Source: Acidobacteriota bacterium (GTDB taxonomy: Bacteria > Actinomycetota > Acidimicrobiia > Acidimicrobiales > RAAP-2). From it: a stretch of DNA of 64,000 bases. Under the pieces are notes generated by a model. The model saw only the letters and a program-made list of their open reading frames with translations. It did no database searches and was not told where the DNA came from. The translations under genes and the position numbers were made by a program. Shown here one piece after another: positions 1 to 8,855 of the stretch. The stretch lies in NCBI GenBank assembly GCA_018970215.1, contig JAGWWX010000003.1:4668-68667 (forward strand), given 5' to 3'. Positions within the stretch are counted from its first letter, which is position 1, and each line of letters opens with the position of its first letter.

Positions 1-79
1 AAATGGCGGCCCCGACAATGCTGAGGACGAATGTGGTCCACACAGTCGCCCGCGACGCCGGTAACGCGACTGTGCGCAC
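1..79 (-). CDS. 5' end of a membrane protein running off the window edge (possibly VKOR family)
   Basis: GTG overlaps the upstream TAG stop (TAGTG). It reads MRTVALPASRATVWTTFVLSIVGAAI, the start of a hydrophobic helix. VKOR is only a guess from the adjacent thioredoxin-like gene. Confidence 0.35.
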   Translation of the reverse strand, partial: MRTVALPASRATVWTTFVLSIVGAAI

Positions 80-990
80 TAGAGACCGAGCGCCGTCGTG
101 GCAGCCTTCACGCCGGGCGTATCACATACCGCCGCGGGGGCATTGTTCGTCTGCGAACAGATACCGGCGGTGATGTAGTTCGCCGATGCGATGATTGCCT
201 GGGTGAGCGGATTGTTCGGGTTCTTGAGACTCACCGCGATGTCACCACGAGCTTGATCCTTAAACACTGACGGTGACAATGACGAGCCCGCCCACATCAC
301 TCGATTGCCGATGGTGAAGAAAGGAATTGATCCCGACTGTCCGGCAGACATCGAAGGAAAGTACGTGGCGTTGTCGTACTTGGTCACAATCTGCGTCTGC
401 AACGCGGTGGGCTTTTGCAGAGGTTCGTAGGAGGTCCCCGCAGCGTTGAGTGTGTTCTTGGCCTCTTCAACGGTCTGCAAGGTGACCCACTCGGATTGGT
501 AGGTCGCCTTGTAGAAGGTAAAAGTGGGTGTATTGGGGAAGTAGTCCTGAGCCGACGATGAAGAGTTCCCGAGGTTGGCCCACGTCCCAAATCGCGAAAG
601 GGCAACGATCACGGGCCAACGCTGCGCGGCGCAGTAGGGGCAGTATTCGGCACCGTAGTACAAAACCCCCACAGTTGAAGAGTTGTTGAACGTCAATTTC
701 GGTTCGGAGGCGTGAATCTGGGGAGGCGTGACGTTAACGACCGGAGAGTTCACACCAACGGCGTCAAACACGCTCTGAGGAACTGTTGTGAGGTCACGGA
801 TAACGCTCGCGTCAGCGGGTGTCCATTCGGTATCCGCCTGAGTTCCGTTGCCGCTCGATACTTTCACGATGACGAGGACGCCGACGACGGCGACCACGAT
901 GCCGACAGTCAGCCAGGTGAAGAGTCCGGCGGGACGACCCGACGCCTTCGTGGCGGGCGAAGGGGAGCTTTTCTTAGGGGTCTGGGTCAC
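79..990 (-). CDS. DUF929-family membrane-anchored thioredoxin-like protein
   Basis: YGAEYCPYCAAQRWP (CPYC) motif and an N-terminal TM helix. Start moved to GTG 990, which has a GGAGG RBS; the longer ORF overlaps the NUDIX gene. Confidence 0.8.
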   Translation of the reverse strand: MTQTPKKSSPSPATKASGRPAGLFTWLTVGIVVAVVGVLVIVKVSSGNGTQADTEWTPADASVIRDLTTVPQSVFDAVGVNSPVVNVTPPQIHASEPKLTFNNSSTVGVLYYGAEYCPYCAAQRWPVIVALSRFGTWANLGNSSSSAQDYFPNTPTFTFYKATYQSEWVTLQTVEEAKNTLNAAGTSYEPLQKPTALQTQIVTKYDNATYFPSMSAGQSGSIPFFTIGNRVMWAGSSLSPSVFKDQARGDIAVSLKNPNNPLTQAIIASANYITAGICSQTNNAPAAVCDTPGVKAATTALGL

Positions 991-1080
991 AACATCCTCC
1001 GTTGATAACACCTTCAGGCTAGTCGGCGTACCTCGAATGAAGCCTAAAAATTTCGGTTGAGTGAGGGCTACGGTAGTGCT

Positions 1081-1869
1081 ATGGCGAGCATTCTGGAACC
1101 CCGACCGGCCGCCACCGTTCTCCTCGTTCGCGACAGTCAAGAGGACGTAGAAGTACTGATGCTGCGCCGCAACTTGAACAGTGATTTTGTGGGCGGAGCG
1201 TACGTCTTCCCCGGAGGCTCGGTCGATAGTACGGACGCCGATCTCACGAGTGACGATGCGGACTTTACAGATGAACACGCTTCGCACCGTCTGTCGTTGA
1301 GTGACGGCGGCCTGGCCTACTACGTGGCGTGCCTACGTGAAGTCTTCGAAGAGTCAGGCCTCTTGCTTGCCAGGACCGTTGACGGCAGTTACGTCAACTT
1401 TGACGATGCGGTAACACGCGATCGATTCGCTGCCTACCGGCGAGAACTTAATGCGGGTCGTATCTCGTTTCGCGACATCGTGAAGCGTGAAGAGTTACGG
1501 CTCGACGTGCGTTCCCTGGAGTACTACTCGCATTGGGTCACCCCGGTTGGTCCGCCACGTCGCTACGACACACGTTTTTTTGTCGCACTGGCCCCCGAAG
1601 GTCAAATAGCTGCCCACGATGCCGGAGAAACTGTGGCCGACGTCTGGATCTCTCCCTCGTTAGCTCTTGAGCGCGCTCGTCGCGGCGAACTCGAAATGAT
1701 CTTTCCTACGGTGAAGAATCTTGAAGACATTGCTCATTTGCGCACGGCGCATGATGTCGTGGCCTTTGCCCGCCAGCGGCTGTCGATCAGGAAGATTGAG
1801 CCTCGTATTATCACGCGCAGCGGACGCACGGAGATCGTCATGCCCGGTGATGTCGGCTACGACGGATAG
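1081..1869 (+). CDS. NUDIX hydrolase
   Basis: VFPGGSVD...ACLREVFEESG Nudix box and WVTP...RRYDTRFF. Leaderless-type TACGGT-N6-ATG start. Confidence 0.85.
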   Translation: MASILEPRPAATVLLVRDSQEDVEVLMLRRNLNSDFVGGAYVFPGGSVDSTDADLTSDDADFTDEHASHRLSLSDGGLAYYVACLREVFEESGLLLARTVDGSYVNFDDAVTRDRFAAYRRELNAGRISFRDIVKREELRLDVRSLEYYSHWVTPVGPPRRYDTRFFVALAPEGQIAAHDAGETVADVWISPSLALERARRGELEMIFPTVKNLEDIAHLRTAHDVVAFARQRLSIRKIEPRIITRSGRTEIVMPGDVGYDG

Positions 1870-2981
1870 TCAGCAACGGCGCGTTCAACAGCATCCAGCA
1901 GTCGCGCGGAACACCCGAGCGCACCGGCGGGTGGCGCAAGATCCGCGACAATCGCCTCCACGAGGGGCTCGACCGCCAGCATTGCGGGCTGTCCCGTGTC
2001 CCCGCCGTGTGCAACTACCGTGTCGAGCGGAATGCTCGCGAGAAGGGGAACGCGCAGAGTCTCGGCGAGCTCCGCACCTCCACCTACTCCGAAAATTGCG
2101 TGGTGCTCACCACACGAGCAACGAAACGGGCTCATATTTTCGATAACACCGAGAACGCGAATGTGACTGCGACGCGCGAAGTCGGCAGCCCGTGAGGCCA
2201 CGCGTTGCGCGGCGCGTGCGGGTGTTGTCACGACAACTGCGCTCATCTGCGGCAAAAGGCGTGTGAGTCCCATGGCGATGTCGCCGGTGCCAGGGGGGGT
2301 GTCGATAATGAGGTAGTCGATTCCCGCCCAGTCGGCATCCTCAATGAACTGTTGAACAGCTCGTTGCACAATCAGTCCACGCCATAAGAGGGCGCGGTCA
2401 TCCTCACTGAGAAAACCCATAGAGAGAAGCCGAATCTCTCCTTTACCCTCACTTCGAGCGAGGGGTTGCATCTTGCCGTCGATCGCCGCTACGGAGCCTT
2501 CAATTCCGAGGAGTCGAGGCAACGAGAAACCCCAAATATCGGCATCAATGACGCCGACGATGAATCCCCGCCGAGCGAGTGCAACGGAGATGTTGGCGGT
2601 AACGGATGACTTCCCGACGCCCCCTTTACCGGACATCACGGCGATGACGGGAGTGGTTCGGGGGATGGTTGTCTCCGGGGCGTGAGCCTGCGCAATGCGT
2701 CGGGCAGTGTCCATCAGACTCGCCTTCGCGTCGGGGGGCATCTCGCTGATCTCAATCATCACCGATGTGACGCCCTCGACGGTGAGTGCCGTCTGGGTAA
2801 CGTCGCGCTCGATGCGCTGGCGTAAGGGGCATCGAATTGTCGTCAGGGCGACGGGAATGTGAGCGGTGCCGGCGGTAATGGTGATCTCCCCCACCATGCC
2901 GAGATCCACAATGGAAGCCCCCAGCTCTGGGTCCAGAACGTGACGAAGGCGGTCACGTAGTTCCTGGCTGAGCGACTCCAT
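1857..2981 (-). CDS. mrp: Mrp/ApbC (NBP35) Fe-S cluster carrier ATPase with N-terminal DUF59 domain
   Basis: VLDPELGASIVDLGMV (DUF59), SGKGGVGKS deviant Walker A, DTPPGTGD and ENMS..CxC motifs. Confidence 0.92.
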   Translation of the reverse strand: MESLSQELRDRLRHVLDPELGASIVDLGMVGEITITAGTAHIPVALTTIRCPLRQRIERDVTQTALTVEGVTSVMIEISEMPPDAKASLMDTARRIAQAHAPETTIPRTTPVIAVMSGKGGVGKSSVTANISVALARRGFIVGVIDADIWGFSLPRLLGIEGSVAAIDGKMQPLARSEGKGEIRLLSMGFLSEDDRALLWRGLIVQRAVQQFIEDADWAGIDYLIIDTPPGTGDIAMGLTRLLPQMSAVVVTTPARAAQRVASRAADFARRSHIRVLGVIENMSPFRCSCGEHHAIFGVGGGAELAETLRVPLLASIPLDTVVAHGGDTGQPAMLAVEPLVEAIVADLAPPAGALGCSARLLDAVERAVADYPS

Positions 2982-3070
2982 AGGGGGAACGCTACCGGCT
3001 GGCTCCGTGGCGTACAGGGCGATGAATCGCTACGCTTGAGTCATACGTTGACCTGGTAATAAGGAGAATC

Positions 3071-3433
3071 ATGACGACGACGCCCGTGGACCTCTCAAAC
3101 AAGACCACCCCCATTACTCTGACCGATTCCGCCGTCATGAAGGTGGCGGAACTCATCGCGGCGGAAGCGGCTGGCGAGGAGCTGGCCCTCCGAGTGGCGG
3201 TGAAGCCCGGTGGCTGTTCTGGATTCAACTACGACATGTTTTTTGACACGGAGTTCGGTGCCGATGATGTCGTGACGCAGTTTCAGAGCGTCAAGGTGGC
3301 GGTCGACCGCGCCAGTGCGGACTTATTGAAGGGATCCACCCTGGACTACGCCGACGGGCTTCAGGGTGCCGGGTTTCATATCACCAACCCCAACGCGACA
3401 AAGACCTGCGGTTGCGGCAACTCTTTTAGCTAG
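3071..3433 (+). CDS. A-type Fe-S carrier protein (IscA/ErpA/HesB family)
   Basis: GGCSG and NPNATKTCGCGNSF motifs, with an AAGGAG RBS. Confidence 0.93.
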   Translation: MTTTPVDLSNKTTPITLTDSAVMKVAELIAAEAAGEELALRVAVKPGGCSGFNYDMFFDTEFGADDVVTQFQSVKVAVDRASADLLKGSTLDYADGLQGAGFHITNPNATKTCGCGNSFS

Positions 3434-3447
3434 TTCACTAGAACGTC

Positions 3448-5010
3448 GTGTCCGCCGATGTTTCGTTTCGCCTGAACGGCGAAACCGTCACGGCGCCCTC
3501 CGAGGTATCTCTCCTTGACGCTTTGCGTGAGTGTCTTGGCGTCACGTCAGTCAAAGATGGGTGTGCACCACAAGGCCAGTGCGGAGCCTGCACCGTCATC
3601 GTGAACGGAGAAGCACGCGTGAGCTGCGTGACGTCAGTGGGTCGGGTCGCCGATGCGGATGTCACCACCGTGGACGGCCTTGACCCAGACGTACGTGATC
3701 GATGGGTAATGGCATTTGAGTCAACGGGGGCATCTCAGTGTGGCTTCTGTACGCCGGGACTTGTCTGTCGGCTGGTGAGTACCGCCGAACGTCGCGGGTT
3801 GAGTGATACGTCGATTGAACGGGCGTTGGCGGCGCATCTCTGTCGTTGCACGGGGTGGCAGCCCATCACCGAGGCAGCGATACTGATGCGCGAAGGTGGC
3901 GATGTTGCGCCCCGCAACGCCACTCTTGCCGCCGTTCGTGCGGGTATCGAGCAAGGTGTTCCGCAGGCTGCCGGGGCGGATGTCGTACTCGGCCGCGCAC
4001 CGTACTCTGATGACACAGCTCCACTTGACGCTCAACTGTGGTGGACGAACGGGGCGGTTGACTACGTTGCCGCACGGTCACGCCGAGACGCGCGGCGCGA
4101 GACGGGTGCCGTCCAAGGGCGAAATTCGACGGTGCCACTGAGGGCCGTATTACCGATCCCGCCGGGCGAGTGGGCCGTCAGTCTCCAGACCACATTCTGT
4201 GAACCGGCGTATGTCGAGCCCGACACCAGTTGGTGTGAACCGGGTGGTGAGCCGTCGTCACCGGCGGCAAACGCGGGCGCGTTTGGTGCGAAACGACGCA
4301 GTGTAATTCGCGATGATGCCCAACGCCTCGCGCAGTCGACGGGTCAAGCGGTCACGGTGGCCTGGAGCCGTGAAGCGGTGGTACGTAAAGGGAAGAAGCG
4401 TCCTCCCCTCTCGCTAGGACTTCGCTCGGACGGATCGGGCGTCGTCCACGTTGCGTTAACGCCACACAGCGATGATCTCACTGATCTCGTGGCATTAGTA
4501 CAAGGAGTACTACCTGATGTCTCGGTTGAGCTTCGCCACGTGCTGGGGCCGCCCGTGGGCTCGACCCATCGAGGCGCGATATTGGCAGAGCTTCTCGCGG
4601 CGCGAGCGTCGATCGGACGGGGAGCTGGCGATCCCATAACCGTCGTGTCTCCCAACGGAGCTACCGCGACCGTCACATTTGACGGCGACCGCGTCGACGC
4701 GGTGGTCGAAGCGGGTGAGCCACTATGTGATGTCACGCTGCGCAGCTACGTCATGGGTGCAATTCATCAGGCCGTATCCATGGTGTGGAGTGAAGGAATT
4801 GCTGTGAACGATGCGGGTGAGCCCGTCGATCTGACGGTTCGGAGCTTCGGCGTCGTCCCGGCGAGCGCGACCCCTTTGATGAATGTGACCATTCAAGCGT
4901 CCTCGTCACCCGCGGTGGCCGTTGGCGGCGCAGTGTTCGCGGCCACGTTGGCCGCCGTATGGTTACACGAAGGCGGTTCGTCGTGGCCGACAAGAAGGAA
5001 GGATGCGTAA
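3448..5010 (+). CDS. 2x[2Fe-2S] domain fused to a shortened, degenerate xanthine-dehydrogenase/aldehyde-oxidase Mo-binding-like domain
   Basis: KDGCAPQGQCGACT...SC and QCGFCTPG...CRCTG are intact. Remnant Mo-domain motifs are EPAYVEP, AGAFGAK and GAIHQAV. Confidence 0.75.
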   Translation: MSADVSFRLNGETVTAPSEVSLLDALRECLGVTSVKDGCAPQGQCGACTVIVNGEARVSCVTSVGRVADADVTTVDGLDPDVRDRWVMAFESTGASQCGFCTPGLVCRLVSTAERRGLSDTSIERALAAHLCRCTGWQPITEAAILMREGGDVAPRNATLAAVRAGIEQGVPQAAGADVVLGRAPYSDDTAPLDAQLWWTNGAVDYVAARSRRDARRETGAVQGRNSTVPLRAVLPIPPGEWAVSLQTTFCEPAYVEPDTSWCEPGGEPSSPAANAGAFGAKRRSVIRDDAQRLAQSTGQAVTVAWSREAVVRKGKKRPPLSLGLRSDGSGVVHVALTPHSDDLTDLVALVQGVLPDVSVELRHVLGPPVGSTHRGAILAELLAARASIGRGAGDPITVVSPNGATATVTFDGDRVDAVVEAGEPLCDVTLRSYVMGAIHQAVSMVWSEGIAVNDAGEPVDLTVRSFGVVPASATPLMNVTIQASSSPAVAVGGAVFAATLAAVWLHEGGSSWPTRRKDA

Positions 5011-5372
5011 TGAGCACACCCGTTGGTCCCTATTCCCCCATTCTGCGAGCTGGTGACTGGGTCGTCATCTCGGGTCAGATCGGACTCGTGCCGGGCGCGA
5101 CCCCACCGACGCTTGCGGACGGCGTTACGGCACAGCTCCGACAACTGTTGAACAACGCCCGCACACTTCTCGCGACAGAGGGTGTCGAATTCGATGATGT
5201 CGTGAAAACCACTTTATTTTTGACTGACATGAATGACTTCGCGGCGTGCAATGAAGTCTGGGTCGAGGAGTTTGCGACTCATCGTCCGACGCGTTCGGCA
5301 ATTGCCGTCGCCGCCTTACCGTTGGGTGCGTTGGTCGAAGTTGAGATGTGGGCCTATCGTTCAACCACGTGA
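5010..5372 (+). CDS. ridA: RidA/YjgF/UK114 family enamine/imine deaminase
   Basis: GPYS...SGQIG, VVKTTLFLTDMNDFAACNEV, RPTRSA..V..LP...LVEVE. TAATG overlap with the upstream gene. Confidence 0.88.
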   Translation: MSTPVGPYSPILRAGDWVVISGQIGLVPGATPPTLADGVTAQLRQLLNNARTLLATEGVEFDDVVKTTLFLTDMNDFAACNEVWVEEFATHRPTRSAIAVAALPLGALVEVEMWAYRSTT

Positions 5373-5373
5373 G

Positions 5374-6060
5374 TTAAAACTCTCGGTCGCCACCAAACTT
5401 GTATCCCACACTTCTCACCGTCTGGATAAGGTGAGCGTTCTCTTCACCAAGTTTTGCTCGTAGTCGACGAATATGAACATCGACGGTTCGAGCACCGCCG
5501 TAGTACTCATAGCCCCACACTCGGTTGAGAAGCGTTTCGCGGGTGAAGACTCGCTGGGGATTGGTGGCAAGAAAACGCAGGAGTTCGTACTCCATGTACG
5601 TGAGGTCCATAGCCCGACCATCGATGGTGGCTTGGTAGGTCTCGAGATTCAAGATCAAACCACCTTCTTCGACGAGCGACGTCGAACCTTCATGGCCGGC
5701 TCGGCGCAGTCGATGATGGAGCCGTGCCGCGAGTTCGCTGGGGTCGACCGGTGCGACCACGAAGTCGTCAAAGAGGTCTTCGCGAAACGTCAGTTCATCC
5801 AACTGATACCGATCAAGCACTAAGACAATGGGCGATATCGTGCGCTCGCGCTGCCGAAGCTGACGGCAGAGATTCATGGCGTCGGTGAAGTTCACAGCGG
5901 TGGCGTCCACGATGGCCCCGTCGTAGCCCGTCGACGGTTCGCCGCGAGCGATGTCATTGAGCTTCGTTGAGCCGACACACGTCACCTCGACGCCGGCCAG
6001 CTCGACAGCTTTGCGCAGCGGACCGTCAAGGGTCGGAATGACGAGAAGGGCGTCTTTCAT
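5374..6060 (-). CDS. glnR: GlnR-like OmpR-family response regulator
   Basis: LTYMEYELLRFLATNPQRVFTRETLLNRVWGYEYYGGARTVDVHIRRLRAKLG winged helix with an atypical receiver domain. It is TAATG-coupled to the upstream glutamine synthetase gene. Confidence 0.75.
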   Translation of the reverse strand: MKDALLVIPTLDGPLRKAVELAGVEVTCVGSTKLNDIARGEPSTGYDGAIVDATAVNFTDAMNLCRQLRQRERTISPIVLVLDRYQLDELTFREDLFDDFVVAPVDPSELAARLHHRLRRAGHEGSTSLVEEGGLILNLETYQATIDGRAMDLTYMEYELLRFLATNPQRVFTRETLLNRVWGYEYYGGARTVDVHIRRLRAKLGEENAHLIQTVRSVGYKFGGDREF

Positions 6061-7349
6061 TAGAGGAGCGGAAGGTAACTCGCCCATTCGAATGGTGTGA
6101 CCTCTGACCGATACCGAGCCCATTCTTCACGCTTATTGCGGAGAAACCACTCGACGAGGTGATCACCCAAGGTGTGGTGCAGTAGCTCGCTTTGTTCCAT
6201 GAGGTCAACTGCCTCAGCGAGCGACCTCGGTAATGAACCGATGACCTCACCTTCCGGCGGTATCTCGTACGCGCCCTCGACTCCTCGCAGACCCGCGGCC
6301 AGAATGACGGCGAAGGCCAGATACGGGTTCGCCGCGGGATCGGGTGCACGATATTCCACGCGCGTGGACTCTCGACGACCCGTCTTTACCGTGGGGACAC
6401 GAACGAGTGACGAGGGGATCGCGTGCGACCACGACGTGTGTACAGGAGCTTCGTGACCCGGCACGAGTCGTTTGTAAGAGTTCACCCACTGATTGGTAAC
6501 GGCCGTGATTTCGGCGGCGTGACGCATGAGCCCCGCAATGAAGTGCTGTGCGAGGGGCGACAGACCATACGGTCCATCGCCAACGAAGGCATTGTCTTCG
6601 CCCCGCCACAGCGATACGTGAGTATGCATACCTGAGCCCTGTTCTTGTGAGAGGGGTTTGGGCATGAAACTGGCGACCAAGCCCGACTGTCGAGCGAGTT
6701 CTTTAATGACGTGGCGAGTTGTCATCACGTGATCGGCCATCGTGAGAGCATCGGTGTAGCGCAAATCGATTTCGTACTGCCCGGGCGCATCCTCGTGTTG
6801 AGCGTGTTCAACGCCGATACCCATCTCTTCGAGAGTCAGGACGGTCTGTCGCCGTAGCACGCTCCCGGCGTTGTCAGGGAGTAAGTCGAAGTAGCTGCCA
6901 TTATCTACGGGAACGGGTCCTCGCGCTCCGTCGATATCGGAAAAGTAGAAATACTCCAGTTCGGGGGCGACGTAAAAGGTGTAGCCCTTCTCGTGCGCGT
7001 CGCCCAGCACGCGGCGGAGTTGCTGACGTGGACAACCTTCAAACACCGATCCGTCGGTGTTCACAATGTCGCAGAAGACTCGCGCGACACCTTCGCCGGA
7101 AGCGTGCCACGGGAGAAGCTGAAATGTCGTGAGATCGGGCCGAGCCAGAACATCAGACTCACGCGAACGTGAGAAGCCGTCGATGGCGCTGCCGTCAAAT
7201 GTCATACCGTCGTCTAATGCGTCCTCTAGTTCAGCAGGGGTGACGTGAAAGGCTTTGTGGCGACCGAGGACATCGGTAAACCACAGCTGCACGAATCGAA
7301 CACCTCGCTCTTCAACGGTGCGCAGCACGTATTGGACTTGGTTCTGCAT
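6060..7349 (-). CDS. glnA: Glutamine synthetase type I family protein (GlnA2-like, short form)
   Basis: FDGSAIDGF, APELEYFYF, HEDAPGQYEI, FMPKP...GSGMHTH, NSYKRLVPGHEAP and RVEYRAPDPAANPYLA motifs. Start at MQNQVQYV is likely. Confidence 0.9.
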   Translation of the reverse strand: MQNQVQYVLRTVEERGVRFVQLWFTDVLGRHKAFHVTPAELEDALDDGMTFDGSAIDGFSRSRESDVLARPDLTTFQLLPWHASGEGVARVFCDIVNTDGSVFEGCPRQQLRRVLGDAHEKGYTFYVAPELEYFYFSDIDGARGPVPVDNGSYFDLLPDNAGSVLRRQTVLTLEEMGIGVEHAQHEDAPGQYEIDLRYTDALTMADHVMTTRHVIKELARQSGLVASFMPKPLSQEQGSGMHTHVSLWRGEDNAFVGDGPYGLSPLAQHFIAGLMRHAAEITAVTNQWVNSYKRLVPGHEAPVHTSWSHAIPSSLVRVPTVKTGRRESTRVEYRAPDPAANPYLAFAVILAAGLRGVEGAYEIPPEGEVIGSLPRSLAEAVDLMEQSELLHHTLGDHLVEWFLRNKREEWARYRSEVTPFEWASYLPLL

Positions 7350-7530
7350 GCCATATTCTGACGCAGGTTCGCGCGCGGGGCGAATTGAAAGGTCTCTACC
7401 AGTATTTAGGTAATTTTCCACCGTTATTTTTCGTCAAATGTAAAGTTTTGCATCAATCACGAGCACAGAAACAATCTGTCTCAACGGAGAGCACTACGGA
7501 TCTAGTGGGAACTGTTCGTAAGAGAAATGA

Positions 7531-7560
7531 GGAACCCCGGCGGAATTCCGCCGGGGTTCC
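7531..7560. terminator. 30-bp perfect palindrome downstream of glnII, probable terminator
   Basis: GGAACCCCGGCGGAATTCCGCCGGGGTTCC is its own reverse complement and lies 15 bp after the glnII stop. Confidence 0.7.
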
Positions 7561-7575
7561 TGATATCCCAGGTGG

Positions 7576-8697
7576 TTAACGACGCTTCGCGGCCTTCTTC
7601 GCCGGCTTCTTGGCAGTTGCCTTTTTAGTGGCAGCCTTCTTTGCCGACTTCTTTGCGGTCTTCTTCGGAGCAGCTTTCGCCGCACCTCCCTTGTCGAAGG
7701 CGCCACAGACGGTCTCGACCATGACGGCGGCAACGGCGTAGGGGTCCATGTTGGCATTTGGACGTCGGTCTTCGAGCCAGCCCTTCTTTTCGCGAGCTGT
7801 CTGAATCGGAATACGAATCGATGCCCCTCGGTCAGACGTACCCCACGAGAACTTGTTCCACGGTGCCGTCTCGTGCTTACCGGTCAAGCGCTCCTCAATG
7901 CCGTGTCCATACACCGCAATGTGCTCCATGACACGCTTACCAATTGCTTCGCAAGCGGCTTCGATGGCCTTCAGCCCACCTGCCACCCGCATCTCTTTGG
8001 TCGAGAAGTTGGTGTGTGCACCTGCGCCGTTCCAGTCACCCTTCATCGGCTTGGCGTCCCAGTTGACGTCAACGCCGTAGTCCTCAGCGATGCGCTCAAG
8101 TAGCCAGCGTGCAACCCAGAGTTGGTCGGCGACAGCGACGGGTCCAAGAATTCCGATCTGAAACTCCCACTGCGACATCATCACTTCGGCGTTGGTTCCC
8201 TCGATCGCGAGTCCCGCACGGAGACAGGCGAGAGTGTGAGCTTCAACAATGTCACGACCGGCCATCTTGGCGCCACCAACACCGCAGTAGTAGGGACCCT
8301 GTGGAGCGGGGAAGCCCGTTTCGGGCCAGCCGTAGGGACGCCCGTCTTGGTAGAAGGTGTACTCCTGCTCGATGCCGAACCACGGCTCGTACTTCGCACC
8401 GAACTTCTTTTCCATCGCAACGGTCTTCGCGCGCGTGTTCGTGGAGTGTGGTGTGCCGTCGGCGTTGAGGACTTCGCACATCACGAGAATGTCGTTCGGG
8501 CCGCGTAGCGGATCGGGACAGGTGAAGACAGGCTGGAGCAGGCAGTCAGAACTGTGACCATCGGCCTGATTCGTACTCGAGCCGTCAAATCCCCACATGC
8601 TTGGCTTCTTGCCATCCGCGACGATGCGGGTCTTGCTACGCAACTTGGCCGTCGGCTGTGTGCCGTCGAGCCAGATGTATTCGGCTTGGTATGCCAC
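7576..8697 (-). CDS. glnII: Glutamine synthetase type II with a Lys/Ala-rich C-terminal tail
   Basis: AEYIWLDG, WGFDGSSTNQA, GIEQEY, NAEVMMSQWEFQIG, DWNGAGAHTNFST, RLTGKHET, DRGASIRIP and EDRRPNANMDPY motifs. Confidence 0.95.
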   Translation of the reverse strand: MAYQAEYIWLDGTQPTAKLRSKTRIVADGKKPSMWGFDGSSTNQADGHSSDCLLQPVFTCPDPLRGPNDILVMCEVLNADGTPHSTNTRAKTVAMEKKFGAKYEPWFGIEQEYTFYQDGRPYGWPETGFPAPQGPYYCGVGGAKMAGRDIVEAHTLACLRAGLAIEGTNAEVMMSQWEFQIGILGPVAVADQLWVARWLLERIAEDYGVDVNWDAKPMKGDWNGAGAHTNFSTKEMRVAGGLKAIEAACEAIGKRVMEHIAVYGHGIEERLTGKHETAPWNKFSWGTSDRGASIRIPIQTAREKKGWLEDRRPNANMDPYAVAAVMVETVCGAFDKGGAAKAAPKKTAKKSAKKAATKKATAKKPAKKAAKRR

Positions 8698-8784
8698 CTG
8701 ATGACTCCTTGGTTGATATCGAGCGGCCGAGTGGCCGACAGGTATCAGTTTGGTGGTCGGTGGTGGGCGGTACCCCCGTGTTTT

Positions 8785-8800
8785 GTTAACGAGATGTGAA
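8785..8800 (-). promoter_or_regulatory. Candidate GlnR binding site upstream of glnII (divergent glnII/nadE promoter)
   Basis: The minus strand reads TTCAC-atctcg-TTAAC, resembling the actinobacterial GlnR gTnAc-N6-GaAAc half-site pair. glnR is encoded nearby. Confidence 0.5.
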
Positions 8801-8855
8801 ACGTGGCGACCGTCACCTCTCGGTGCGAGATTTCTCGCCCCGATAGGCTCACGAC

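Noticed and set aside
7531-7560. 30-bp palindrome as a REP/MITE family (loosely similar to the hairpin at 51608)
   Set aside because: I saw no further copies. Both sit directly after highly expressed genes, as expected for terminators.
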